A stretch of 55,595 bases of DNA, filler included, from Jimgerdemannia flammicorona (taxonomy: Eukaryota), in NCBI GenBank assembly GCA_003990765.1. It is 2 parts of 2 records of this genome, joined end to end, with 100 filler letters (N's around TTAATTAATTAA, not from the genome) between each part and the next. Parts side by side here need not be neighbours in the genome. Positions count along the whole stretch, not along the records: positions 1 to 27,754 come from RBNJ01000608.1; 1 more part is not named here. One strand, written 5' to 3'. Positions 12,750 through 25,874 of this stretch are shown here, piece after piece. The notes beneath the pieces were generated by a model. The model was not told where the DNA came from. It saw only the letters and a program-made list of their open reading frames with translations, and searched no databases. The first letter of the stretch is position 1, and the number at the start of each line of letters is the position of its first letter. A program made the translations under genes and the position numbers.

Positions 12750-15700
12750 TTCAAGGAATCATATTCCTGAACTAGGTCGGTAGCATTCTGGAGATTGGTC
12801 TTGGGTTCCTAGGTTGCATTGTAGATCAGATAACCTTTCCATTTGACAAGGTACTCAGGGTGGCTCTTGTTGCCATGTTTGTTGAGGATTTGTTCAACTT
12901 TGTATTCTTCTTGGTCATTAATAATGATAGGTGCAGGTGGTTCAGTGGTCCGGTTTGGGAATAGCTCATCATCATTCTCATTATATTGCTTGAGATATTG
13001 AACATTAAAGACTGGGTGAATCTTAATGGTGTCTGGTAGTGCCAATTTGTAAGAGGTTGGAGAAACTTGTGCAATGACTTCAAATGGTCCAATGAACTTG
13101 CTGTTCAGCTTTGTAGATGGTCTATACTTGAGGTTGTCAACTCGGTATCCTCTAATGTCTAGTAGAACCTTTTCTCCCATATCAAAGATTTCTTCTTGGT
13201 GGTGTTGGTTAACATACTGTGACTGTTGTTCTTGGGCTCATGATAAATTCTCAATTGCGATCTGGCTTAGATTACACATTTAGAGTAAGAATTCTTCGAC
13301 AGCTTTGACTGTGGAGGGTTCTTCAGTAGTTTGGATGAGTGTCAAAGGGGTGTTTGGGTTTTGTCCAGTGTTGGCGAAGAATGGGGTCATTCTAAGAGAG
13401 GCTTGTTTACTATTGTTATATGTAAACTCAACTGCGGTGAGGTGTTCATGCCAGTCATCTTGTCTGTAGGAAATATAGTTTCTTAGCATTTGTTCAAGAG
13501 TTCGGTTCATTCTTTCCATTTGGCCATCAGTTTCTGGGTGAAAGGCTGTGGATAGTGCAAGTTTTGTTCCAAGGTGTGCATGGAGGGCTTTCCAAAAGTG
13601 GCTGGTGAATTTCGGGTCTCAGTTACTAACAATGATCTTGGGAAGACCATGATAGCAGAAGATATTATCAAACAAGAGTGTGGCTATGTCTGGTGCTGTT
13701 GCAGTAGTGGTAGTAGACACGAAGTAGGCTTATTTGCTGAGATAGTCCATAAAGACAATAATTGCATCTTTCCCGTTCTTGGTTTGAGGTAGTTGTACAA
13801 TGAAGTCTATAGAGATTTGTTCCCAATTTGTAGATGGTACTGGGATAGAGTGTAGTAAGCTGAGTTTTGCTAGTGTTGAGGACTTGTTTCATTGGCAGGC
13901 ATCACAGGAAGTGATGTAGGTTTTGAGCTGATCTACCATGCAGGGCCAATAGAAGTTTCAGGAGATAACTTCATAATATTTATCAAATCCTAAATGTCCA
14001 GCTGTAGGGGCATCATGACATTCAAATAGAATAGTCCTTTGGAGGTCTCGTTGTTTGGGATATACAGTCTGTCTTTGTAGTAGATAGTATTGTCCTTGAG
14101 TTGGTATTGATTGTACTGGGTATGTTTATCAGTATCATCACTGTTCAGGATATCACGGAGTGCTTGAGCTTCCTTATTATCAGTACATGCTGTGATAATT
14201 TGTTCCATGATAGAGTTTGTAACCAAGGTGAGAGTTTGGATAACCTCTTCGATTAGTGGTCTTGAGATTGCATCGGCAACAATATTTTCCTTGTCAGGGC
14301 AGTACTGGATTTTGTAGTCAAAGTTAGTGAGGACTTTCATCCATCTGGCTTGCTTTCGGGAAAGGGTAGCCTGAGTCTTGATGTTGACTAAAGACTTGTG
14401 GTCAGTCAATATAGTAAAGTGTGCTCCTTCTAGGTAGGGTTGCCATTTGATCAGAGTGTCTACTATGGCTAGCATCTCCTTCTCATGAGTTGCATAGTTG
14501 ATTTCGGCATCATTGAACTTGTAGGAGTGATAGGCTACAGGGTGTCCTTCTTGCATGAGTACTGCTCCAAGAGCTAGGTCAGAGGCATCAGTAGTGACTT
14601 CATATAGTAGGGGAGGATTTGCTGCTTGAAGTACTGGGGTAGTTATCAGGGCATCTTTCAGAGCTTGAAAGGTGGTATCTTGTTTGGGTCCCCAGGTTAT
14701 AAGATTGTTGAAGTCTTTTTCTTGTTTTATGGTCCAGGGTTGTTCTTGTTTCTTACTATGCTTGGTCATTTGAGTGAGGGCAGTAGCGATTTTAGCAAAG
14801 TTGACAACAAATCACTTGTAATAATTTGCTAATCTCAGGAATGACTGGAGGTCTTTCAGCTTCTTGGGTCTGGGCCAATCCTTGATTGCAGAGATTTTGC
14901 TGGGTTTCACTTTGATTCCATTTGGAGTGACAATATGTCCAAGGAATTGAATTTCTTTCAGGAGAAATTTGCACTTACTGAGTTTTGCAAAGAGTTGGTT
15001 TTCTCAGAGTTTCAGTAGTACTAGTTCAAGGTGTTCCTCCAGGGTTTTGCTGAAGACTAGGATGTCATCAATGTAGACAACAACAAATTTGTCTAGGTAT
15101 GGATGCAGAATGGTGTTCATCAGTATCTGGAAGGTTGCTGGAGCATTAGTTAAGCCAAAGGGCATAACCAGGAACTCAAAGTGTCCATAGTGAGTTCAGA
15201 AGGCTGTCTTGTAGATATCTTCTTCTTTCATGGCAATTTGCCAGTAGCCATTTCGCAGATCAAAGGAGCTCATGAATTGTGGGTTGGTAAGTCTATCAAA
15301 TATTTCATCAATCCTCAGTAGTGGGCAACAGTTCTTGATGGTCTGTTCATTGAGATCACAGTAGTCAATGTACATTTGCAGGTCTCCTCCTTTTTTAACA
15401 ACAAAGAGGACAGATGTGCCATAAGGTAATACACTGGGTCTGATGAATCCTTATTCTAGGAGTTCATCAATTTCTTTCTTGAGTGCATCAATTTCTCTCA
15501 GAGATATGTGGTAGATTAACTTGAAGGCTGGTTTGGCATCTAGAATAGTCTTGATAGTATGGTCTACTACTCGTTTGGGAGGTAGGCCTTTCGGGAGCTT
15601 CTTTGGGAATATGTCTCGAAATTTCTGGAGTAGTGGTCTGATATGGCTGTCAACTTTGGAAAAGTCTTCTTCAGAGTTCTCAGGTTCTCCTTTAGATGAG

Positions 15701-16180
15701 CAGATGGAGATGGTGAAGAGAGGGCATTTCTTGGCTAATTTCTTGAGTTATAGCTTGTTGATGTGAGTGATCTTTGGTACAGGGTCACCAGAATTAAGTG
15801 GGTCCTTTTCACCTTGCAGCTTGAAGTTGTGGTATTCTTTCTTGATGGTCAGAAAGTGGTTTACCCAATCAATCATAGGGTTCTCTTGTTTTAACCATGG
15901 AGTCCCAAGGATGATTTCATTGTCAGAAAGTGGTATGATTTGGAGGGTAACATGTACTCGGTAGTCACCAATTCGGAGGGGTAGATTGCAGACTTCTTTG
16001 CTAATAACATGTGAGGTTCCATTGGCTGTAGCAACTGTTTGAGTTTGCTATACTGGAGAGGTAAAGACCTTGAGTCTGTTTGCTATCTCTTCATTGATGA
16101 AGTTGCCTGAGGCACCACTGTCTATCATAATCTTGATAGGTGCTCAGTTGACAAAAGTCTTAAGGGTGAGCAGTTTGTCT
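12750..16180 (-). pseudogene. pol: Element B pol: protease, RT, RNase H, integrase, chromodomain
   Basis: [68 protein letters not shown]...YLVKWKGY. Confidence 0.95.
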
Positions 16181-16389
16181 GATCCAATGGTGGTGATTTC
16201 GGTTTTAGGAGCTCTCCTTCTGTTGTTTCTTCTTTGAGCCAGTTCATTGATATAGGAGAAGCAATCATCAATTATTCAGGAAGAGTACATTCCAATGCCA
16301 TGGAGATATCGGCCACTTGGTATATATCCATCTTCGATTTTCTTGTAGAATTGTTCTTCTTTGTTCATAATAGGTTGGGCTGGGGCCTT

Positions 16390-16810
16390 GTTTGATGAGC
16401 CAAATCCTTTGGATCCTCAGATAGTAGGTAGTAGTTTAGAGACTTCCTTGACTGTCAGAGTTGACTCAATTTTTTCGAATAGAATCTGGGCTATACAGAA
16501 ACCTATGGGGATCTTAAACGGTGTCCAATTATGGTTTCGGATGAGAATAATAATTTCGCCTATGTAATCCTCATCAATGACTCCTCTTTCTACTGAAAGT
16601 CCTTTCAATGCTAGGCTGCTGCGACAGCATATTCTTCCAACATGTCCTTCAGGGATTTGGATGCTGATTCCTGTGTAGATTTGTTTGACTTCTCGGTTGG
16701 AAACTGTAGTTTCTTTGGCTGCATACAGGTCATATCCAGCTACTTTTTGACTTTCTTTGGTTGGGGCCTTAGCAGTTTGTCTTAACTTGATAAAGTCTAG
16801 TGTTCTGGTG
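16390..16810 (-). pseudogene. dut: Element B dUTPase domain between gag and protease
   Basis: All five trimeric dUTPase motifs: AGYDL, RSSLA, GVIDEDYIGEI, IAQI, GFGSS. Confidence 0.9.
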
Positions 16811-16829
16811 GTCAGGTTGTTGAGGTGGT

Positions 16830-18700
16830 GCAGAGTGGTAATGGTTGCTCTTGTTGCTGTTCAGGGGTTTCGGTTAGGGCAGGCACTGGCCATGTGTCCT
16901 GTCTTTCGGCAATAGAAGCATGCTCCACTTCTTCGAAGTTCATTCCTTTCACCTTCAGTAAGTTTCTTGAAGGTACTTGGCTGGGTAGGTTCATGATTTC
17001 TGGGTGTCCAAGAGATAGATGTGGAGGGAGCTTGGGATGCTTCATGCTTGAGTTCTTCTTTCTTGGTCCAAGTCTTTTTCTTGTTGTTGAATTGTCTTCA
17101 GGGCAGAATTGGTCCAGCTGTTAGGATTCACTTGACCATAGTCTTGATTCTTGCCAGGTACCATTGTTGGTGGTCACAACCAACTGGGCGGCCTTGTTCT
17201 CGGATTTTTCTAGTAAGCCATTCAGGCAGAGCATCAAATAAATGGTCTGCTCTTGTACCATTTTGTACTTCATCGTTGGTAATATATCCTAAGCCAACAG
17301 TATTCAGGAGTGACTCAAGTTTTGTGCAGAAGGTTTTGAATTCTTCTTTGCCATGTACATCAAATTTGAGGCTGTGGAGTTTTACTCGAGATTCGGCAAT
17401 CATAGTTTTGCTGTGGTATTGAGCAATCATGAGTTATTTGAGTCCAGGGGCTGCAGGATGGGCTCTATATCCTGGGGTATTGTTTGCTGTATTCTGAGCA
17501 ACTACTGCAGGTCAGGTATCCCAAGTGAGGGGTTTTTCAGGAAGGGTTTGCCACCATTCTTTGGCAGGTCCTCGGAAGAATGTAACAACTCAGCAGACAT
17601 AGGCTATAGTGGTAGCAAAGAGTTGTTCCAGAGTGTGGTCTTGATTGTTTATCAGAATATGGTCAGCAACTTGCTCATTGGTCCATTGATTGGCTTTGAA
17701 GTTGGTGTCAACTATACTAATAAAGCTTTGGACTTCTTGTGTAGTACTATTGAAGGTAGGTAGGCTCAGATTTTTTGTAGATCAGGTCTGTTCAGCTAAG
17801 GCAGTAATGGTTGCTGCCATTATAGCTACTTGGGCTGTGAGATCAAGAATCTGTTGGTTCGCCATGTTGTTCACTGGAGGTGGTTGGACTACTGGTAGTA
17901 GTGTTACTGGTACTACTTGAGGTATTGGTGCAGAGTGTGATGGGGTTCTTTGGGTCTGTGTAAGTTGCTGAAGTAGTAGTTGTAGATCTGGAGTAAGGGC
18001 TTGATAGATAGCTGTTTGTTGTTGTGTAGGTGTATTCTGTCCTGATGGGAGTGTGTCTCCTTCTGTGGTGTATCCGGGATCGAATTCAGTGAGATACTCC
18101 TCCTCCTCTTCAGTTTGGTCTCCCTGTAATTGGGTTTGCTCGATGTCAAAGTAGACAGAATCAGTTATATATCTGATTTTGGATGGACTTAATTCAAAGT
18201 CAAGTTCAGGTTCGGTATTGATTTCAGATTCAGGTAGGGCTGTAGCAGGGCCTACTTCAGGTTCAGGGTCAGGTAGTTGATGAAGGGTTTCTCTTGCTTC
18301 TTCTTTAAGAATATGGTGGGCCTTGCTGTTCTGGAATCAGTAGTATAATGTGGTCTTGGTCCTGGTATAGTGAAAGTCGGTAGAGTTGAGCCACTTGGCT
18401 ACACTGGCTTGGGCTTCATGAGGGACTAAGGCTAGAAAGACTGCTGCTGGTTATCCTAGATTGCTCAGATTTGTGGAGCTGACAAAACTCTTATTGAGAA
18501 GAGTAAAGAAGGCTTCTATAAGACCTTCTTTGTCTTAACTTGCTGGGTGTAGTGCAAGGAGTTTGGTGAATAGGGTTTCACCTATTTGCTGGTTTAACCA
18601 GAGTACTTCTTTCTTTGAATGAAGTTTATCCCACTTGTTGCAGGTATGGAGGTCAAATTGTCCTTATATGTCAGGTTCAATTCTCTCCAGATTGTCAGAT
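16830..18700 (-). pseudogene. gag: Element B gag with long N-terminal extension and zinc knuckle
   Basis: CFYCRKTGHMASAC at ~16885-16925; capsid-like region upstream; 5' boundary approximate. Confidence 0.75.
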
Positions 18701-18811
18701 GGTTCAGGAAAAATTCCAGTTCAGAGGTTGGGCTTTATACCAACTTGTAGGAATTCTCAGAAGGGTTTGTAACAGGGTGAGAAAGTGTCTTGAAGTGGAA
18801 TTGGATTGTAA

Positions 18812-18824
18812 ACTGCTGCTACCA
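18812..18824 (-). promoter_or_regulatory. Primer-binding site of B (TGGTAGCAG, compatible with initiator tRNA-Met)
   Basis: ACTGCTGCTACCA 3 nt from the 5' LTR; decayed versions at ~26871-26883 (A) and ~47923-47933 (F). Confidence 0.8.
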
Positions 18825-18827
18825 AGT

Positions 18828-20878
18828 TGTAAAAGGGTTGCTTTTTAGAGTAACCATTACATAGTTCTGGAAAGGTTTTTGGGAAGTTCTGGATATTCTG
18901 GAAGACTGTTTTCTTATAGTCAAGATCAATTTCATATGGAGTATGTCCTCTATACTTATTGATTTCAAGATCGGGTTGACATCTCAACCAAAGTCCTTTT
19001 TCGGACTAGTTCTGGATGTTCAGGATTTTCTGTATTTCAGGAAGTTCAGGAAACTAAGACCAGCTTAGTTGAATTGGTGTATCACTGCAGATAATACCCA
19101 ATTAGGAAATTTCATAAGGGGGTTAGGAGTGGGACCTAATGGGGAGTGGATTTACTTAAGAGTGGTTTGTGGGTTATTAAATAGGTTTATTTGCTATTCA
19201 TGATATTGCTATACTAGGAGTAGTTGTGTGAAGGGATATTGTGGGGAAGTATTCAGGAATGTTTTTGTGTATTCGAGTCTGAGATTCTGAGGTCTGGGAG
19301 AGTGGGTATTTATACTAGTGAGGGGCTATCTGGACTATGCTGAATATAGATATAGCACTAAGTATCTTGCTGAGTCAGAATGCAGTCACATAGTACAAGT
19401 GTGATCTGACATATCAAGAGATCATCTGGCTGCTGAGTCAGTTCACAGTCATGTCATATAGGGCTAATCTAACTATATTATGACTGCTAGGCTATTTATG
19501 GTTTAGATACTGTCTGGGTAGTCTTCGATAACATCACTATTGATTGTATCATCTCTGATGAAGTAGTCATCTAGGAAGAGTGGTTTGTGGATTACTTCTC
19601 CTTGTTCACTGAGGTAATAATACATTGGAACTTCATCTCCATCCCACAGAATAGCATCGTCTGTCTTGTATGCTGGATAAGGTGTTGGTGGGCAAAGGAG
19701 GGGTGCATTGTTTTCACTTTCATCAGATTCACTGTCTGCATACCTTCTGTAAGTTACAGTACTATGAGTTGCAGGATTGTAGTAAGCTGGTGGCTGTGAT
19801 TCATGTCGCTCATACTCAGGTGGTGGAGTGGTTGATTCAGTCTCAAGGGTTATCTGGAGGTACAGGTTGTGTTCTCCAGTCTCTTCATTGTAGTTGAAAT
19901 AATTGGGAGTGAACGCGGGTTAGTATTCATACCAGTGGTCATTGTTCTAATAAGTCTTGTAGGCTGTTATGAATTGTTGTAAGTTCATCAGCAAGGTTGG
20001 CGGTGTGATCAGGGTTGGCAGAGATCCTTAGCTAGAGGTCATGTCGGCATCAGAGGGATCATTGTCTTCTGCTTCATCTTCATTGAAGTAGATTATATCA
20101 TAGATGTCTTTCATGACATATCCAACTTGGGGTATTTGCAGGATATGATCATTGGGGTGTGGGAAGGTTCTGTCTGTGGTTTCGATGTACTCGAGGTACT
20201 TGTGGTTGAGTTCTTGTATTATGTCGTCGATTTGGCCATAGGACAGGGTAGCAACTATTTCACTGGTGGTAACTTGGAGGTGGAGAATAATGGTAGAAGA
20301 GTTCTCGATGTTTGCGGACAACGAGCTTCTGGTGTTGAGACATCTCGGTAATGTCTGTATCATAGTGGTGTTCGATCATGTCTTCCAGGAGGCAGCTGAT
20401 CTGGTAGTAGCTTGAGATTTGTCCGATTCGGTGGGCCTCACTAAGCATGTTCAGAGCATTCCAATGGGCTTCCACAAAGTAGAGGGGTGCTAGGCTATGG
20501 ATATTCATGAGGGGCAGAGGGGGTGTGGCTCAGTTGACAATGGCATTCCAAATGTCAGCATGGATGCGGGTATAGATCTCAGTGGTCATGTTTGTGTGTT
20601 TGGGAGTTATGGTTGTTATTTTGTTTTAGTTCTCTGATTTGACGCGTCTTGGTGCTCGGTATATATGCATTTGATCCTGATTGGTAAGATTCCATTTGTG
20701 TAGATCTTGTGTTCTGTGACTTCATATTGACTCAGCTTTGTGTGCTGTAACTTCAGTTTAACTTAGCTTCATGATCGAGCAGGTGATTTCCAGATTTGTT
20801 CAGAGGTTGCATGTGATTTCAGTGGCTTGTTTGGAGAGTGATGTGTAATTTTGATAGCTTGGAGGTTGTGTGCTTACA
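18828..20878 (-). repeat. 5' LTR of element B (2051 bp)
   Basis: TG...CA ends, adjacent PBS, direct repeat of 10479-12538. Confidence 0.97.
19503..20589 (-). pseudogene. LTR-encoded accessory ORF of B, 5' LTR copy
   Basis: Same ORF with a different, 11-bp deletion (~20294); ORF-track pieces 20260-20508 and 20028-20363. Confidence 0.75.
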
Positions 20879-22003
20879 ACTCCACAGTACTACTCAATTT
20901 CTTGAGTACTTCTAGTAAATCCTCTTCCTCTTCCTCACTTCCCTTCACCCTCATCACCTTGTACAAGATTGCTCTCCAAACCATCACTGAAGGCCAGTCC
21001 CTCACCTTTCCAGTAGCTTCTCTCTCAGCCAGCTGAATCCTCACATCCATGTCACTAGTTCTGAGCAAGGTCCCTTTCCAGACCCTGAATCCGATATCCA
21101 CCATCTCTCTATATTTGGCCATAACTTCCTCAACTCTCTTTCTTGTCTCCCCTGCCATCACTATGGGCACTCCTTTCACCAGCAGTTGGACCACCCTTGG
21201 ATCCCATTTCAAGTACTGTATCATCAGAACACACACCTCCCCCACCACCAACCCCACCTTCAGTGCCTCCTCCAGTGGCTCAGCCTCTTCAAAACCCACC
21301 TCTACACCCTCCAGTCTCTTCAAAAACTTCACTGATATAGCTCTCACCATCTGCTTAGTGATAAGCCCCAGCACTATCTTCACCATCACTACTAAGCCCT
21401 GGAAGCACAGTATAACTATAAATACTGAGATCGATTTTTTGAGTAATAGGGCCACCACCAGGCCCATCATGCCATCTGCCAAATCTCCTTGTCTCCTAAG
21501 CCTCAGCTGCTCAGCCTCACCATCAGCCATCATATCTGGATTTTTTTCCAGATTGGTAGTCCCCTTTCTATCAGCAGTCACACTCCCCCCAGCCACTACT
21601 CCCCCAGCTCCACTGCTCCCCTTTCCAAGGGCTACTCCCCCACATACTACTGTCTTTTTGTTCTCCTTACCCTTCCTCAGTCAGCCCTCCAGCCCCAATG
21701 CCTGCTGCCTCTCCTTCACCATCTCTGCAAAGCTTGCCCTCCCAGATGCTTGGCCTCCACCATTACCTCCCCCCCTTCCACATCCTCCCACCAGCAGTCC
21801 CCTCATGTCCCCCCCCAGGCCCAGACCCCTCCCTACTTGCTGCCATTCGAAAGCACTTGGGCCACCCTGCCCAGTACACCCCTCAGATTGCCTATCGGTC
21901 ACCATGTTATTAGTCTCTTTTCTCCAAAAATGATGTTGTAAGTACCATCCAAAGGTTGTGTAACCTGAATGGTACTGGAGAAAGATGGAGATTGAGCCTT
22001 GAT

Positions 22004-25000
22004 ATTGTTGGCTTTGAGTAGAACCATATCACCAATATTGTATATGACATCTCACCACTTCTTATCTGCATACTTAGCTTAATGTTGCTGAGTCTTTTGC
22101 AGGTTCATAGTAGTGATCTTGAGAAGGGAATCCATTTTGTCAATAAGGTTCTGGGCTGTGGGGACTTGTGTGTGACTGGATTACTGGAATGAGACTAGGC
22201 TTACAGAGGTCTTGGGGTTTTGACTATGAAGTAACTAAAATGGGGAAAGGCCAGTTGATGATTGAGTGGCATTATTGTAAGCAAACTCAGTATAGGTCAG
22301 ATAGTGGTTCCAATCATCTTGTTCATAAGACACATAGTTTCTGAGCATTTGTTCAAGTGTTCTGTTCATTTGCTCAGTCTGTCCATTAGTTTGAGAGTAG
22401 AAGGCAGTGGACATAGCAATTTGGGTTCCAAGGGTCTTGAAGAGTACTTGCCAGAAGTGGCTTGTGAACTTGGGGTTACAGTTGCTAATAATTACTCAGA
22501 GAAGTCCATAATGGTAGAAGATAGTCTTGAAGAAGATTCTTGTAATTTCTGGGGCAGTAGCATTAGTTGTAGTTGGCTCAGCAATTGTAATCTTGGTGAG
22601 ACAGTCCACAAATACAACAATAGCATTATAGCCTGTTTTGGTTCATGGGAGTTGTACAATGAAGTCCATCATGACTTGTTCAAACTTCTTGGTTGGAATT
22701 GGTAAGGGTTGTAGAAGACTAGCAGGTGCTTAGTTACTTGACTTGTTTCTTTGACAAAGATCACAGCTTTGGATATACTCCTTGATTTCCTTGAGCATAT
22801 TTGGCTAGTAGTAGTCTTATTGGATATTCTTGATGGTCTTCTTGGTTTCAAGGTGGTCAGCTAGTGGGGAGTTATGATGTTCATGAAGAATCTTATACTA
22901 TAGTTCTGGGTTGGTAGGAATATATACTTTGTCTTGATAGTATACAAAGTTGTCCTTGATGGTGTACTTTTCCTTGAACTCCTTGGTATTCCTTTGTAGA
23001 GCCAGAGAGACTTATTTGTATGTCTTCTTGATCTGATTGAGGAATTCAGGTACCATGGTGACTTATAAAATTATAGCAAGGTCAGGTCTTCTTGAAAGTA
23101 CATCTGGTATAACCAGAGTTTTGCCAGGCTTATAGATGATGTTTGGGGTGAAGGTCTGAAGTAGTTGACTTCACTTGGCTTGTTGGTGAGAAAGGGTTGG
23201 TTGAGTGTTGATGTACTGAAGAGATCTGTGATCGGTGACCACATCAAACTCAACTCCTTCTAGGTAATATTACCAGGTCTTGAGGATATACATGATTGCC
23301 AGGAGTTCCTTTTTATGAGTAGCCAGCTTTTGTTCTGCTGGGGACAATTTTCTTGACTCAAAGACAATAGATTGGTGTCCTTGACCATTATCTTGAGAAA
23401 TGACTGCACCAATAACAAAGTTAGATACATCTGTAATAACCATAAACTTCAAGTTTGGGTCCATGTTTCTAAGAACAGATATATGGGTCAGGTGGTTCTT
23501 GAGTTCTTGAAAAGCTTATTAATAGAAAGCATCCCAGATATAGGAGACATAGAGGTCAGAGTTGAGTTCCTTTTGCAGGAGGTTTGTTAAAGATTCTGCA
23601 ATACCTGAGAAGTTCTTGACAAATTGATAGTAGTATTCAGTCAGACCAAGGAAGGACCTGAGTTCAGTGAGGTTTGCTGGTACAGGCCACTGTTCAATGG
23701 CTTGTATTTTCCTTGAGTCTACTTGAATTCCTTTAGCTGATATAATGTGTCCAAGGTATTCAACTTGATTCTTGAAAAATTCACATTTCTTGAGCTTTGT
23801 ATAGAGCTTGTTCTTGCAGAGGATCTTGAGGACTTGTTCAATATACTTGAGATATTCTTCTTCAGTACTACTGAAGATCATGATGTCATCAATATATACA
23901 AGTACAAAGATATAGAGCTGATTCTTGAAGACAGTTTGCATGAGATCTTGAAAGATTGCTAGTGCATTGGTGAGACCAAAGGCCATAACTAGGAATTCAT
24001 AGAGTCTAAAGAGTGTCATGAAGGTAGTCTTGGGTATTTCTTCTGGCTTGATTCGAATTTGGTGATACCTAGAGGTGAGATCAATCTTAGTGAAGTACTT
24101 TGCATTTTTGAGAGCATTAAAGATTTGATCTATGAGTGATAGTAGATAATGGTTCTTGACTGTGATCTTGTTGAGTGCTTGGTAATCTATACATATTCGC
24201 AGAGTATCATCCTTTTTCTTGACAAATAGGACTGGGGAGCCAAAGGGTGACTTGCTTGGTTGAATGGCTTCTCACTCAATAAGTTCATTGAGTTCCTTCT
24301 TGACTACTTCAATTTTGAGTAGAGATATATAGTACATTTTCTTCTTAGGTATAGCCACTAGTACTCCCAAATGAGTCAAATCAATTTGAATCAAATTGAA
24401 TTGAAGGTTAAACAAGTCAAATTGAATTGGGGATTTTTCAATTCAAATTAATTCAAATTGAATCAAAAGTCAAATTGAATTGAGGGTCTGATTCAAACCC
24501 TAAATTTCAAAATGCAATAACTCAGTGTAAACTCATCCAAATCTAATGTACTTTAACTTGTTAGGATCACATTAATATAGTGAATCTAACAAGCTAAAAT
24601 ATGTTAAATTTGGATGAGTTTTTGTTGAGTTATTATATTTTGAAAATTAAGGTTCAAATCAAACTTCGAATCAAATTGGATCTTTGATTCAATTTGAATC
24701 AAATCAAATTGGACCCTTGATTCAATTCATTGGGAGCACTAATAGCCACATCAGATACTAACTTGATTTTGTGGTCATGGTCTCTTGAAGGTAGTAGACT
24801 AGGTAGTTTGTCTGGGAAGACATTCTTATACTTGTTCAGTAGTAACTTGATGCTTTCACTAATTGATAGCTTCTTGTCTTCTTTCTTTGGTCAGATCAGT
24901 GCCACAAAGGTACAAGTAGCTTTCTTGAGGGCCTTCTTAAACTGAATTGCCAAAAGGGTAGTAATTGGGATTCTTGTCTGAGTCTTGTCTGGCTTGATGG

Positions 25001-25352
25001 TAATGTTGGCTCCATCCTGAATCAAGGTAACTTCATTCTTGGTCCAATTAATCTGAGGGTTGTATCGTGTAAGCTAGGGTTTGCTTAGGATCAGGTCATG
25101 GTCTCCTAGCAGTGCTATCTCGAAATTTAAATGTTCCCAGTACTTCTGGATCTTGAGAGGAAGTTTAGCAGCAATTGAGTCAATTGGTAAGATAGTGCTA
25201 TCTGTAGTAACAACTCCACCATTCTTGCTGGCTGGTTTGGTGAGAATCTTGAGCTTGTCGATGAGGTTCTTGTTGATGAAGTTTCCAACAGCTCTACTGT
25301 CTATGAGAACATCTAGTTCTTGTCCCTTGACTAGACCTTTGAAAATGAGCAT
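22004..25352 (-). pseudogene. pol: Element A pol: protease, RT, RNase H, integrase core (MITE inserted upstream of the RT core)
   Basis: VLIDSRAVGNFI; LFVKKKD; MAFGLTNA, VYIDD; ITDVSNF, HKKELLAI; MDFIVQLP; TEQMNRTLEQMLR. Confidence 0.93.
24359..24741. mobile_element. hAT-type MITE M1 (383 bp, palindromic)
   Basis: TIR TAGTACTCC/GGAGCACTA; perfect 8-bp TSD ATAGCCAC at 24351-24358 and 24742-24749. Confidence 0.9.
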
Positions 25353-25394
25353 TGAATTGACTCAGTTCTCAGCTATGCTTGCAACTTTGTCAGT

Positions 25395-25800
25395 GCTGCC
25401 AAAGCCTTTCTGATCTCACTTGGTTGGAGACAGCTTGGTGACTTCTTTGATGACTGGTAGAGTGGCTTACTCCAGAATGAGCTGTGCAATTCAGTCATCT
25501 TTATTGATGGTATATGGTTGGTTCTTGTGGTTGACTAATAGAACTTGCATTTTACCTCAGAAGTCAGGGTCAATGACTCCAGCACCAATATCTAATGAGT
25601 GCTTGAAACTGAGGCCAGATCTTGGTACAATTCTTGCATAATATTCCTTGGGGATTTTGACTGAAAGGCCAGTTGGAATGAGCCTTCTTTCATATGCAGG
25701 AATTGTGACTTATTGTACTACTTGAAGGTCCAAACCAATGGCTCCTTCTGACTATACTTGAGGGATCTGGGCCTTGGGGTTGACTTGTATGAAATTGAGT
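25395..25800 (-). pseudogene. dut: Element A dUTPase domain between gag and protease
   Basis: [32 protein letters not shown]. Confidence 0.92.
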
Positions 25801-25874
25801 ATAACTTCTTATTCAACTGGTTGGCCTTGAGTGTCTTTGGACAGGACCAGAATCCTCTTTGGTTTGGCAGTTTT

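Larger units (their letters stand above)
10479..20878 (-). mobile_element. Ty3/Gypsy chromovirus element B with ~2.05-kb ORF-containing LTRs
   Basis: LTRs TGTAA...TTACA at 10479-12538 and 18828-20878; TSD ACTCC at 10474-10478 and 20879-20883; PPT 12539-12552; PBS TGGTAGCAGCAGT. Confidence 0.97.
5713..21990 (-). mobile_element. LINE copy 2, full length, ORF1 interrupted by element B
   Basis: Poly(T) from ~5713 with the same 3' end as copy 1; ORF2 ~5870-9445; ORF1 9465-10478 plus 20879-21905; 5' end at 21990; TSD ATTGAGYCTTGAT at 1200-1212 and 21991-22003 flanks both LINE copies together. Confidence 0.92.

Noticed and set aside
21049..21933. 294-aa + strand Ser/Thr/Pro-rich ORF (also 9720-10376, 50263-51201, 54267-54905)
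   Set aside because: Antisense shadows of the G-rich LINE coding strand; boundaries not conserved between copies.
25395..25800. dUTPase as a host gene
   Set aside because: Intronless, inside gag-pol between LTRs, and mutated like the rest of the element.
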